A stretch of DNA of 63,468 nt, the filler included, from Candidatus Fermentibacterota bacterium (GTDB lineage: Bacteria > JAFGKV01): the NCBI GenBank assembly GCA_016928395.1. It is 11 parts of 11 records of this genome, joined end to end, with 100 filler letters (N's around TTAATTAATTAA, not from the genome) between each part and the next. Parts side by side here need not be neighbours in the genome. Positions count along the whole stretch, not along the records: positions 7,153 to 15,274 come from JAFGKV010000052.1; positions 15,375 to 18,429 come from JAFGKV010000330.1; positions 18,530 to 26,327 come from JAFGKV010000331.1; 8 more parts are not named here. One strand, 5' to 3'. Under the pieces are notes generated by a model that was given only the letters and a program-made list of their open reading frames with translations, did no database searches and was not told where the DNA came from. Position 1 is the first letter of the stretch. Each line of letters begins with the position of its first letter. Position numbers and translations under genes: made by a program. Shown in pieces: positions 10,955-21,728 of this stretch.

Positions 10955-11290
10955 ATGAGGAGTGAAGAGATGGGCAGTAGTCAGGAGTCAGAATCCAGAA
11001 TTCAGCACCCGAGTTCAGGGTTGGGGGTTCAGCCCGGACAGCCCACCCGCTCCTCCCTTTCGCAAAAGGGAGGTTGGGAGGGATTGGGAACGGAGGAATC
11101 ATGAGGATGGATGGACAAATGGATGAGACTTCTGAATCCAGACTTCAGGATTCTGAATACTCTGCAGTTCATGTAGGTTGGGGTTAGCGACGCGTAACCC
11201 AACACCCGTGGGGACGACCACCCGCTGGTCGCCCGCCGCCGGCGTGTCCGGGCAATCCAGGCTGAGTCTCTGGATCACCCGGCGAAAACG
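10955..11290. repeat. Heptamer repeats (AGTCAGA/TTCTGAA) and REP-like palindromes
   Basis: agtcaggagtcagaatccagaattcag; ttctgaatccagacttcaggattctgaa; gtaggttgggg..aacccaac. Confidence 0.6.
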
Positions 11291-11356
11291 GGTGATAGCG
11301 CTCGCACCATATTCCATGAGTAGAATATTCTATGCATGGAATATGGGATCCTTCAA

Positions 11357-12127
11357 TCATCTCATCCCCTGCCTTGGCTTCTCCGCCACCACCAGCATCT
11401 CGAAGTCGTCATGGGTGAGTGCATTGTCCCGGCTGAACCCCCCCGTCGGGCAGCCGAACAGCGCAACCCGTGCGAAGCCGAGGCTCGTCAAGAGCCAGGT
11501 CATCTCGCAGGGCGCATAGTATCGCTCATTGCAGACGAGCGTCTTCACGACCCCGTCATCGTCAGTGACCTCGAAGGTCGAGCCGTCGCGGAAGGTGTGC
11601 AGATCGAAATGATGGTCATGGGTCCTGCCGGTCTCGCTCTGATCGTTGATGAAGTCTTTCACTGAATGAAAAAGAGGAAACAGGGCATTGAGGGTCGTGA
11701 GGATGAGTTTCCCGGGCTCTCGCAGGGCAGCGGCCGCATTGGCCAAAATGGCGAAGTTCTCCTCATCGGTCTCCATGAGCGGAAACGCCCCCTCGCAGAG
11801 CATGATCACCAGGTCGAACTCCTCACGACACGTGAGACGGCGGGCGTCGCCCTGCCGGAATTGAACCGACACCCCGGCGTCGACGGCCTTTTCGCGAGCC
11901 CTCGCCAGTTGGGTTTCCGACAAGTCGATACCGGTCACCTCATAGCCGCGCCTTGCCAGCTCGATGGCGTGGCGACCAGTGCCGCAGCCGATATCCAGGA
12001 TGCGGATTCCCTTGTTGTGTTCGATCTCGGCCTCGATGAAGTCGACCTCGACGCCGGTGCCCTGGGTATAGGGCTCCGTATCGTAGGTTCGCGCATAGTT
12101 CGTGAACAACTCCTCATACCATCGCAT
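11357..12127 (-). CDS. Class I SAM-dependent methyltransferase
   Basis: ILDIGCGTGRH, GIDLS, GDAR. Confidence 0.92.
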   Translation of the reverse strand: MRWYEELFTNYARTYDTEPYTQGTGVEVDFIEAEIEHNKGIRILDIGCGTGRHAIELARRGYEVTGIDLSETQLARAREKAVDAGVSVQFRQGDARRLTCREEFDLVIMLCEGAFPLMETDEENFAILANAAAALREPGKLILTTLNALFPLFHSVKDFINDQSETGRTHDHHFDLHTFRDGSTFEVTDDDGVVKTLVCNERYYAPCEMTWLLTSLGFARVALFGCPTGGFSRDNALTHDDFEMLVVAEKPRQGMR

Positions 12128-12142
12128 AGATCAGCTCCTCCC

Positions 12143-13006
12143 TCAGGGATTCCCCCGGTCTTCGTGTCTGCAAAGCCCCCATCCCGCGAATGCCAGCCCG
12201 ACCAGTGTGCCCGCCACCGTATCCAAGGCAAAATGATACCGCCCATAGACCGTCGCGACAAGAAGCCCCATTGTTGGCGCCAGGGTAAGCCAGAAGACAC
12301 GGCGTTCATCTCTGAAGGCCATGACAAGATTGCACACCGCTAGGGCCGCATGGCTGCTGGGGAATGCCCCCCCTCTGACACCGCCGCGGTCGGCCACGGC
12401 ATGGGTAAGCCGGTAGAAGAACCCGTCCCGAAGGGCCTCAGGCAGCGGGGGCGACGCATAGAGAGGGCTGGTCGCCGGGATCCAGATGTAGCACAGGAGG
12501 CATACGCCGAAGCATGTACAGAGATTCCTCATCACCCTCGCCGCCCTTTGGGCTCGACCCTCAAACGCCAGCACCACGGGCAGGCCAATCACCAGGAAGT
12601 AGAACGAGAAGTAGCAGGCATGAAGCACCTCCGAGAGCGCCTTCCATGGTGCGGCTTCGGCCAGGAACATAGCGGGTTGCCCGCCGAATGCCGCCTCTTC
12701 CCACCGCTTTAGGGGACCATCAAGAAGCCACACGGGGAGACCCCGGCTGATCATGCCTGTCAGCGGGTAGAGAACTGGGAAGCACGCCAGGGGAGCGACG
12801 GCTCGCAGACCGGTTGCCCGCGGGGAGGAGGGTCTGGGAAGGCGACGAACGAAGAAAAACATCGCGGCGGCCACCAGCATGCCGCCGGCCAGGGTCGCCC
12901 AGGACGGCGGGCGGATCAGGATCGCGGATGCCCCGGCCAGTGCCAGGTAGGCACCCAGCACACCTTCGGCGGGGAAGGCCACCTCGTCCCTACTCGGGGA
13001 TGTCAT
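12143..13006 (-). CDS. PAP2-family phosphatase/phosphoesterase
   Basis: AFPSSHA and RYHFALD; multiple TM helices. Confidence 0.85.
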   Translation of the reverse strand: MTSPSRDEVAFPAEGVLGAYLALAGASAILIRPPSWATLAGGMLVAAAMFFFVRRLPRPSSPRATGLRAVAPLACFPVLYPLTGMISRGLPVWLLDGPLKRWEEAAFGGQPAMFLAEAAPWKALSEVLHACYFSFYFLVIGLPVVLAFEGRAQRAARVMRNLCTCFGVCLLCYIWIPATSPLYASPPLPEALRDGFFYRLTHAVADRGGVRGGAFPSSHAALAVCNLVMAFRDERRVFWLTLAPTMGLLVATVYGRYHFALDTVAGTLVGLAFAGWGLCRHEDRGNP

Positions 13007-13454
13007 AGGGATGGACGCGTATATCCGCGTAGGCGAACCCCGTCTTCTTTCGTTCCTCCTGTTCAGCGATCCAGGCATCAAGCCCCAGTTCCTTCATCCG
13101 CGCCCCGTCCGCCAGCAGGGTCGGATACCCTTTGGCGATGCCGAGCACGCGGTGGCAGGGGTACTCGCCGCAGAGGGGGCACACGGTGACACCCTTGGAG
13201 GACGCGCATTTCCGAATGCCGCAGAAAAACGGCCCACATCGCCCGTCGCGGCACCTGCAGCGCTCCTCGGAGTGCGCCAGGTCGCCCAGGAACTCCCAGA
13301 ACTCCGGGAAGCCGGGGATGTCGTGGCCCCACAAGTCATACCCTTCCCTTTGCATGGCATCCTGAAGCGAGCGCGCGCGACCCGGGATACGATTACGCTG
13401 CGCACACAGTCCGCAGTAGAGCCCGCAGTACGTCACGAGGGTCAAGTCTGGCAT
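12990..13454 (-). CDS. DUF3795 Cys-rich protein
   Basis: YCGLYCGLC...CGIRKCA...CPLCGEYPC. Confidence 0.85.
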   Translation of the reverse strand: MPDLTLVTYCGLYCGLCAQRNRIPGRARSLQDAMQREGYDLWGHDIPGFPEFWEFLGDLAHSEERCRCRDGRCGPFFCGIRKCASSKGVTVCPLCGEYPCHRVLGIAKGYPTLLADGARMKELGLDAWIAEQEERKKTGFAYADIRVHPYDIPE

Positions 13455-13497
13455 GGAAACCCCTCCGGCGTGGAGTGGGCCAGCCGGGGGACGGTGT

Positions 13498-14076
13498 TCA
13501 TCTGGCCGGCCTGCGGGATCGGAACCCCCCCGAAGTCGGCGTGGGCCCATGATCTGGAGGCAGCGGTTCACCCGAAGGTGCAAGCTTCGGCCGAGGCGTG
13601 CGACGGGGAGGCTTTGTGGCGGTGTGCAGCGCGTCGATGATGGTCTTGAGAATCAAGAGCATCATCCCGCGGTCGTCGTCGCTCACGTTCTCTGCATCAG
13701 CGAGTGCCTCGATGACCAGGGCCATGAGATTCGGTTGCGCGGGGGATTTGGGCAGTCGTCTGGAGGCGTCGCCTGGCGACGACTCCCCGAGTTCCTCCAT
13801 GTCTGCGTCGTTCTTCCTCAAAGCCCGCAGGACTATTCGATGGTCAAGCGGCTTCACCGGCTGAAGTGAGGTCAGCTCATAAGCCCTCACGATGACAGCA
13901 AACAATGAGTAGCAGATGAGCGAGGCTTCTTCGGTGAGGTCATCAGTAAGCTCCGTCACGAAGACCGCCAACTCGGGCTGTCTATCCGCCAGAGCCCTGA
14001 AGTACTCCGTCGCGTTTGACGGTTTCAGCCTCTCAAGCTCCATGAACGCCTGCCCTATCGCCTTCTCACCAACCAT
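13498..14076 (-). CDS. Hypothetical protein
   Basis: 192-aa helical ORF, co-oriented with neighbours. Confidence 0.6.
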   Translation of the reverse strand: MVGEKAIGQAFMELERLKPSNATEYFRALADRQPELAVFVTELTDDLTEEASLICYSLFAVIVRAYELTSLQPVKPLDHRIVLRALRKNDADMEELGESSPGDASRRLPKSPAQPNLMALVIEALADAENVSDDDRGMMLLILKTIIDALHTATKPPRRTPRPKLAPSGEPLPPDHGPTPTSGGFRSRRPAR

Positions 14077-14250
14077 AATGCCCGCCTTTCTCGCTGATCG
14101 TACAGGTACAAGTCACACTCCACAACACGGTGCGCACCGTTGCGATATCCACGCCGGATTCCGCCGACGTCATGAGAGGCTCTTCAGGCCAGCGCGACGT
14201 GGATTTCGAACTTCAGGCTTCCGTTCTGACTGCCCCTCGCCGAATGCCTC

Positions 14251-15274
14251 TCATCCTTCTAGCGCCTCGCGTACTCGTGCGGAAAGCTGGGCCAGGGTGA
14301 AAGGCTTCTGCACGAAGTGCACGCCCTCGTCCAACACGCCATGATGAGCTATCGCGTCTGCCGTGTATCCCGACATATACAGGCATCTTAGGCCCGGGTT
14401 TATTGCCGCTATCCGACCCGCCAACTCCCGCCCGTTCATCTCCGGCATAACCACATCCGTGATCAGCAGATCGATCTCCCCGCCGTGTTCCTCCGCCTTG
14501 TGCAGCGCCTCCCCTGGCGTTCCCGCACAGACAACCTGATACCCCAACCCCTGCAGCATCTCCGCTCCCATCGGCAGAATCGCCGGGTCGTCTTCCACCA
14601 ACAGCACCGTCTCACCGCCGCGTTGCGGTAGGGCAGCGTCTGCAACCTCCCATGCCTCCTCGTTCTCGCTCCTATGACGTGGCAGGTAAATCCTGAACGT
14701 CGTACCGCTCCCCACCTCGCTGTAGACCTCGATGAAACCATTGTTCTGCGTCACAATCCCGTGGACAGTCGACAGCCCCAATCCAGTGCCCTCGCCTACG
14801 CCCTTGGTCGTGAAGAACGGTTCGAAGAGGTGCTCCATCATCTCCTTCCTGATCCCGCATCCGTCATCGCTCACCGCCAGCATTACGTATGGTCCGGGTT
14901 TGCGCCCTGCGTGGCTCGCGCAATACTCCGCGTCCAAAAAAACGTTCTCTGTCGCGATGATCACCTCACCGACTCCGCCAATGGCATCCCGCGCGTTGAC
15001 ACACAGGTTCGCCAGGATCTGATCCACCTGGGACGGGTCCATTCGCACGCTCCACAACCCCGCCTTCGGCTTCCATGACAGCCTGACATCTTCACCGATC
15101 AGCCGCCTCAGCATCTTCAACATCCCGTCGATCAAATCGTTCAGGTCAATGACTCTCGGCTGCACGATCTGCTTGCGGGCGAAGGCCAGCAGCTGCCTGG
15201 TGAGGTCAGTGGAGCGCCGCGCTGCCTCACGGATCTCCTCCAGGTTCGGACGGAACGGATCCTTCTTCTCCATC
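14251..15274 (-). CDS. Hybrid sensor histidine kinase/response regulator (5'-partial)
   Basis: QLLAFARKQ, NLCVNARDA, FEPFFTTK, GTGLGL; receiver domain LLITDVVMP. Confidence 0.93.
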
Positions 15275-15374
15275 NNNNNNNNNNNNNNNNNNNNNNNNNN
15301 NNNNNNNNNNNNNNNNNNTTAATTAATTAANNNNNNNNNNNNNNNNNNNNNNNNNNNNNNNNNNNNNNNNNNNN

Positions 15375-16817
15375 GTCGACACGGCCGCCGAAGCTCCCCG
15401 CGTCAGGAGGGCTGTCGCCCCACCAGTTCATCTGGGCATACAGGTAATCAGGAACCGCCGCCTTATTCGAGTACCAGAGGTCGCACGTGTTGTCTTCGAA
15501 GTTGTTCTCGCCGTGACTCGCCAGGGTCCCCAGGTTCGCGGTGGCGCGATACGCGATCGCCGCCCTGGGGCCGGGCGACACTGGGCTCGCGTAGTCGCGA
15601 AGCGAGCAATACCGGATGGTCGCCATGGTGTTCTCGCCGCTGGTGGCGATCCCTTCGAAACAGCCGTTCGATCCGTCGAGGATGCAGTCGCGGATGGTGG
15701 GCGTGCTCCCCCCCTCGCACAGGATGCCAGTCCCGAACACGGAGTGGAACGACCCTTCAACCGTGGGTGATGCTCCGCCTGTGACATGGACCCCGACGCC
15801 CGTCACGTCGTAGAAATCGTTCCACTCTCCTACGGTGGGGCCTCCCAGAATCAGGGCTCCTCCATTGCCCGAACAGGCGAGGGCAACGTCATCGATGTGC
15901 AGGAAGTCACATCCTTTGACGTGCCCATTCACCCGGGTCAGCGAGACACCATTCGTGCAGTACTCGAACGTGCAGCTTATGAGATACGCCTCCATGGTGA
16001 AGGGGGCTTGAGGAGTGAAACACACGCCAGTGGTGCAGTACTGGAAGTCGACCCCCATGAACGTGTAGTGATCGTAGTAGTAATAGGGATCCTCGCTGGC
16101 CCAGATGCCAAAGGTACAGTCCTCGATAGATCCGCCGTCGACGAAAACATCGGAATGCCAGAGCTCGAATCCTTTACCGCAGCCCGAGATCACAGGATCG
16201 GTGAAGTATGATGAATCCCAGAAGAGGTGCGCACCGGTCCCGGTTACATCGTACACATGCAAATCGTTGAACGCTATGTCGCAGTGCTCAAGGTAGAGGC
16301 CCTTGCACGCCGTCTGCCCGTGTATTCTCAGATTCGCGACTCCGAATTGCTGGTATCCGCTGTTGTAGAAGTACACCGCGCCATCCGGCTGCCAGGGATC
16401 CCATATCGGAGGATCAGAAACCACGTGAATATCGCCCAGGTGCATGTTCCAGCAGCCATTGAAGTACATGCCGTAATGGGCACTGCCATCAATGGTGAAC
16501 CCCCCGTCTTGGCCGCCCGATTGGCTCCCGAAATGCAGCCCGCCGCCGTTGCCGCTGAAGTAGACGGTGTGGTTGTTGGCGCCGCCGTCGATGGTGACGG
16601 AGGATGATCCCTCGAATGAATACACGTCAACCCCAGCCTTCAAGGTAATGCTCTCGTAGTAGGTCCCAGGGTGGACAATGACGTCGTCCCCGGCAACCGC
16701 GCCATTGATCGCCGCCTGGATAGACTGGCCCTCATACACGTGCCAGGGCGTTGCCCACAGGGGTAGCGGCAACAGAAGCAAGGCAAGGAAGAGACTCGTT
16801 CGCATGCTGTCCTCCAT
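15375..16817 (-). CDS. Secreted right-handed beta-helix protein (3'-partial)
   Basis: Signal peptide; SIQAAI...VHPGTYYE; beta-helix repeats; AQMNWWG. Confidence 0.82.
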
Positions 16818-16931
16818 CTCCGTTTCGAGCCGTTCTTTCTCACGCTGAACAGGTGGATTCAGCCCAGCAGGGAGGCCCGCACAACCGGGGCGGTCCCCTC
16901 GGATGCGGCGTGGGAGATTCCACGGTGCGCG

Positions 16932-18429
16932 TCATCGCACCACCATCACCTGCTGCGACGAGACAAACTCATCCGTCTCCATCCGCACCACGTATGACCC
17001 GCTCGGCAACGGCCGGCCGCGGGTGTCCTGTGCCCGCCACCACAGGCCATGCACCCCGGCCTCGAACCTCGCGCCTGCCACCCGCGCGACATCCCTCCCC
17101 GCGCTGTCGTACACGTTGATTCGGACAGGACATGCCTTGGGGAGGTGAAACCGGATCGCCGCGCCGTCGGAACAGGGATTCGGCGCCGGCGGGAAGAAGC
17201 GATACGCGGAGGGCAGGCACCCGCGTGCCGATTCGCCCGCCAGCGGCACCTGGCAGGTGCATCCGAACTCGGAGGTGCTTCCGTTGCCGTTCGTAGCAGT
17301 GGACGTCAGCACGGTTCCCTCAGGCAGGGCGGGTGACACGGCGAAGCGGTACGTGCTGAATACCGGGCCTGCCATCACCTCCCGGGCATCCCCCAGGTAG
17401 GTCTTGCCGCTGTACACCTTGCCATGACCGGAAAGCGGGCAGAGCGCCCACACGCCCGGGTGGTCACCAATGAATACTTCCACCGTGCAGTCCCGCATGC
17501 ACGTGAAGAACGCCATGGTCTCTCCCCCCCCGCCATCATCCCGGTTCACGATGGAGTCACAGTAGCACGGGTCGATCTCCTCGTTCACCCCAGGGCCGTA
17601 GGCGCCATCGATGAGATCGACCCCCTGGTCGGTGCAGTTGCGGTTGCCGAGGTTGATGCCCAGGTGGCTGCAGTCGTAGATGGAGTTTCTCGTGATAGTC
17701 ACATAGTCGGTGGGGTCACCGTGAAGGTACATCCCGTACCAGACCCTGGAATGAGCGATGACGTTCTCCTTGAAGAAGTGGCCGGGCGAATAGCGGACTT
17801 CGACGCCATCAATCGCACTCATGGGCGTTCCGTCCACACCCTCACCCAAGCGGTTGTTGATCACCCTGACCTGCCCACTGTCGGGGTCAGTGTGTGAGAT
17901 GTTCACGAGATCCCAGTAGGCGCTGCAGACTTGATTGTCGCGGAAGAGCGCTGGCCTGACGGTGTGGCTCAGATGCACTCCGCCGAGGGGAGCGCTGAGC
18001 AGATCCACTGTGCCCGTTCGATCGGTTCCGATGATGTTGTTCACGATCTCCACATCGCCGCAGTAGGCCAGGCTGAGGTACTTGTTGCCGGCACAGGAGA
18101 TGATGTTGCGCTCTATTTGGCTGTCGCCGCCAATCCGGAGCCCCACCACGTGGTAGGCCGAGAGACCACAGCCGGACTGGCTTCCACATCCGGTGCCAGT
18201 TGGGTCGATCCCGAGGTAGCATCCTGTCACTGTGATGTCCGTGGTGACCTCTCCGGATCCGGGTAGAGAGCCCGCGATGCTGATGAGGGACGCGTCGAAT
18301 CCATTGATGCACAGCCCCTTCACTGCGACGTGGCTCGCGCGGCTGATGGCGATGCTGGCGCCATTGCCCGGGCCGGCCCCCTTGAGTTCGATCTCGGGCC
18401 CATAGGGATTCGGATCGCCGCCGATGAAC
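16932..18429 (-). CDS. Beta-helix protein with FlgD-like C-terminal domain (5'-partial)
   Basis: GCYLGIDPTG, NIIGTD, TATNGNGSTSEF; PAPNP...YDSAGR. Confidence 0.82.
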
Positions 18430-18599
18430 NNNNNNNNNNNNNNNNNNNNNNNNNNNNNNNNNNNNNNNNNNNNTTAATTAATTAANNNNNNNNNNNNNNN
18501 NNNNNNNNNNNNNNNNNNNNNNNNNNNNNATCCGGCATCATGCGCCCTCACCCCGCACCCGCGGATGCGGGGGATGAGGGTGATGGGTGCCGCGTGGAG

Positions 18600-19250
18600 T
18601 GAAGTTACAGCTTAGTTATCAGTTCTCAGTTCCGGACTGCTTACTGCCGACTGCCTACTGCCTACTGGTTCCAGCCCCGCAGGGCAAGGCACACCGCTCG
18701 CAGGCGACAGGGTTCAGGGTTCGGGGTTCAGCCCGGCCTCCTTCACTTCTTCACCTCTTCACCTCTCTGCGTGAGACCCTCGCTTCCTTCATGCTCTTCA
18801 TGCTCTTCATGGTGAACATAGCCCCGCAGGGCAAGGCAACCGTGACGAAGGAATGCAGAGCATACGCTCCATTCCTTCGTCACTTGTTCCCCTTTGAGTC
18901 CTTTGTGCCTTTGTGGTGAATTGCCTTCTCTGTGACCTCTGTGTCCTCTGTGGTGAGCTTCGCTTCGCTCGCAGGCGACAGGGTTCAGGGTTCGGGGTTC
19001 AGGCCGGCCCTCTTCACCTCTTCACCTCTTCACTTCTTTGCCCCTTGGGCCTCGCTTCGCTCGCGGGCGACAGGGTTCAGGTTTCGGGGTTCAGGCCGGC
19101 CTCCTTCACTTCTTTACCCCTTTACTTCTTCACCTCCAGAGCCCTTTGCGCTCTTTGCGTCTTTGTCGTTGACCCTGAGCGCAGTGGCGGGGCGTGAGAC
19201 TGCCGCCTCCTCTGTGACCTCTGTGCCCTCTGTGGTGAGTTTCTGCCTCT
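18600..19250 (+). repeat. Mosaic of short tandem repeats (7-, 8- and 9-mers) with three copies of a composite unit
   Basis: ACTGCC(G/T), AGGGTTC, CTTCACCT, CTTCATGCT, CTCTGTGNC, CTTTGCGNN; composite unit at 18695, 18966 and 19058. Confidence 0.85.
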
Positions 19251-19280
19251 TCCTCCGCTCGCGCTCCCCCAAACTTTTCC

Positions 19281-19309
19281 TTGAGTCCGACCCTTGACGA
19301 GACTATAGT
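19281..19309 (+). promoter_or_regulatory. Putative sigma70 promoter
   Basis: TTGAGT-17bp-TATAGT. Confidence 0.5.
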
Positions 19310-19468
19310 GGCATGTGGAGTTCACACGGGGCAGAAGCGCGCAGCACGCTCCTGGTTCGTGTTTCGCATAGCCTCACGCGTTCACCTTCCCGTCACCCCG
19401 GGGGGAACCCGATGCCCGAGGACCCGCGCTTTCATCCGATCCCCCACGCCGGCTCGCCGGTTCCGATC

Positions 19469-19548
19469 GGCCACTATTCTCATGTTGGAATAGTGGCCCG
19501 TGCGCCCTCTTCAGCCAGAACAAGTTCCCATTTTGCCAGCGACCCTAG
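19469..19548 (+). repeat. Palindromic element copy 1 (GGCCACTATTC-N8-GAATAGTGGCC plus conserved tail)
   Basis: Perfect 11-bp arms, 8-bp spacer; tail similar to that of copy 2. Confidence 0.8.
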
Positions 19549-19607
19549 AACTGCCCAAAAGACAATCGGCGCGAAGGATGGATTCTTAGGATTTGGTGAG
19601 GGTCTCA

Positions 19608-21056
19608 ATGGCCACAACCACTGATGACTTCTTGACTCAACCCGAGGGTCGGACGCGGGAGTACAAACGCGACCTGTCATCGCTTCGGCCGGTACTCAAG
19701 ACGCTAGTTGCATTCGCCAATACGGCGGGTGGGACGCTCGTGGTTGGCCGGGAAGACCGCGGCACGGTGGTCGGCATTCGCGATCCCCAAGGCGATGCCG
19801 AACGGCTTTCAAATGCTGTGGCTGACGGGATCGCTCCGGACCTTCTCCCCGACATCGAGACCGTGGCCGTGGGTGACAAGACGCTGTTGGTCGCACACGT
19901 TGCACGGTGGCCGGGGCCGTTCTACTTGAAGGCTGAAGGACCGGAGAAGGGCGTCTATGTTCGGCTCGGGTCCACGACTCGCCGGGCAGGCGCCGACGCC
20001 GTTGCCGAGATGCGGCGGGTTGATGCAAGCCTTGCGTTTGACCAGTTGCCGTGCCTCGGCTCCGACCTTACAGATCTCGATAACGGGAGCATCGGCAGCG
20101 CGTTCGAGAAGGTTGGAAGGGACATTGGCCTGAGCAGTCTCCAGAGCCTTGGAGTCGTAGTCCGCTACGGAAAAGCTCAAGTCCCCTCAAACGGCGGCAT
20201 CATCCTGTTCGGCACCGCCGAGGCGCGCCGCCTATACTTCCCGGATGCGGTCATCAGGTGCGCGCGATTCCACGGTACTGAGAAGGTTCATTTCATTGAC
20301 CGGCAAGACATTGAGGGGAGAGTACTGCCGGGGATCGAGGACGCACAGAAGTTCATCGCACGGAACACACGGCTGGCGTCTAGGATCGAAGGGCTGCGGC
20401 GCCAGGACCTTCCTGAGTATCCCCGTGTGGCGCTTCGCGAGGCGCTCGTGAATGCCGTGGCGCACGCAGATTGGAGCGCACGGGGGAGTCAGATCATGGT
20501 TGCCGTGTTCTCGAACCGCATCGAGATTCAAAACCCGGGACAGCTGCCCTTCGGCATGACCATTGACGACATCAAGGCCGGGGTGAGCAGCATCCGTAAT
20601 CGCGTTATCGCCCGCGTCCTGCACGAACTCGACTACATGGAAACCTGGGGCACCGGCTACAAGCGGATGCGCGCGGACTGCGAGGCTGGCGGTTACCCGC
20701 TGCCGGACTGGGTGGAACTCGGGCGGGTGACTCGGGTGGTGTTCCATCCGCATCCACAGGTTGCGGCGACAGGCGATGTCGGTAGAAATGTCGGTGAAAG
20801 TGTCGGTAGAACCGTGGTGCCAGGCATCCCGCTCAACGACCGCCAACGATGGTTCGTAGAACGGCTTGTGGATGGTGTCCACGTTCGCGCCGATGATATC
20901 GCGCGGCAGTTCGGCAGGACTGTGAGGACGGCCGAGCGCGACATCGCGGCCTTGGAACGTGCCGGGGTTGTCGAGTTCGTGGGTGCGCGGAAGAACGGCT
21001 ACTATCGGGTGAAGGAAGCCGCAGTTTCCTCCCCGCAAGTCCGGACGACTCCATGA
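19608..21056 (+). CDS. AlbA_2 (Schlafen-like) DNA-binding domain + HATPase_c_4 (RecG C-terminal-like) + HTH protein
   Basis: EGRTREYK, VAFANTAGG, LREALVNAVAH, IEIQNPG, ETWGTG, C-terminal wHTH. Confidence 0.9.
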   Translation: MATTTDDFLTQPEGRTREYKRDLSSLRPVLKTLVAFANTAGGTLVVGREDRGTVVGIRDPQGDAERLSNAVADGIAPDLLPDIETVAVGDKTLLVAHVARWPGPFYLKAEGPEKGVYVRLGSTTRRAGADAVAEMRRVDASLAFDQLPCLGSDLTDLDNGSIGSAFEKVGRDIGLSSLQSLGVVVRYGKAQVPSNGGIILFGTAEARRLYFPDAVIRCARFHGTEKVHFIDRQDIEGRVLPGIEDAQKFIARNTRLASRIEGLRRQDLPEYPRVALREALVNAVAHADWSARGSQIMVAVFSNRIEIQNPGQLPFGMTIDDIKAGVSSIRNRVIARVLHELDYMETWGTGYKRMRADCEAGGYPLPDWVELGRVTRVVFHPHPQVAATGDVGRNVGESVGRTVVPGIPLNDRQRWFVERLVDGVHVRADDIARQFGRTVRTAERDIAALERAGVVEFVGARKNGYYRVKEAAVSSPQVRTTP

Positions 21057-21231
21057 ATCGCCTACGCGAAGCCTCGGCAGTCTGCGCCAGATAGCAGTCT
21101 CGGCACGTCAACGAGATCAGGACTTCCCGCTCCTGCTCCCTTGCTCCAGCGGTTCTCAACCGCTCCCCTGGGGATCGCCCTTCCCGCTCCCCGGCGGAGC
21201 CGCTGCGGGACGCTCCGTGGCGAGAGAATGA

Positions 21232-21552
<321 letters not shown>

Positions 21553-21638
21553 ATCAGCTCCGCATTCCCAGGGGGAAGCATGCCCTCACTCTCATCCCAC
21601 ATCCCATGCCCCTGCATGGCCCGCCGAGCCAGAATCAC

Positions 21639-21716
21639 CCACTATTCCAACCTTAGAATAGTGGCTACTGCGCCGTCTTCAGCCAGGACAAGTTTCCATT
21701 CTACCAGCGTCCCTAG
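21639..21716 (+). repeat. Palindromic element copy 2
   Basis: CCACTATTC-CAACCTTA-GAATAGTGG plus tail tgcgccgtcttcagccaggacaagtttccattctaccagcgtccctag. Confidence 0.8.
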
Positions 21717-21728
21717 CCCCCTCCCCTC

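Noticed and set aside
18695-19130. Three-copy unit as a CRISPR array
   Set aside because: Irregular spacing, low-complexity inter-unit sequence and no cas genes.
19469-19498. Palindrome as a dif or integron attC site
   Set aside because: No match to the XerC/XerD arms or the RYYYAAC/GTTRRRY core boxes.
19412-19624. Small ORFs with an HYSxxxIV motif across the palindromes (also 21580-21765 and 26031-26300)
   Set aside because: The shared residues are just the translation of the DNA palindrome; there is no other conserved protein signal in all three.
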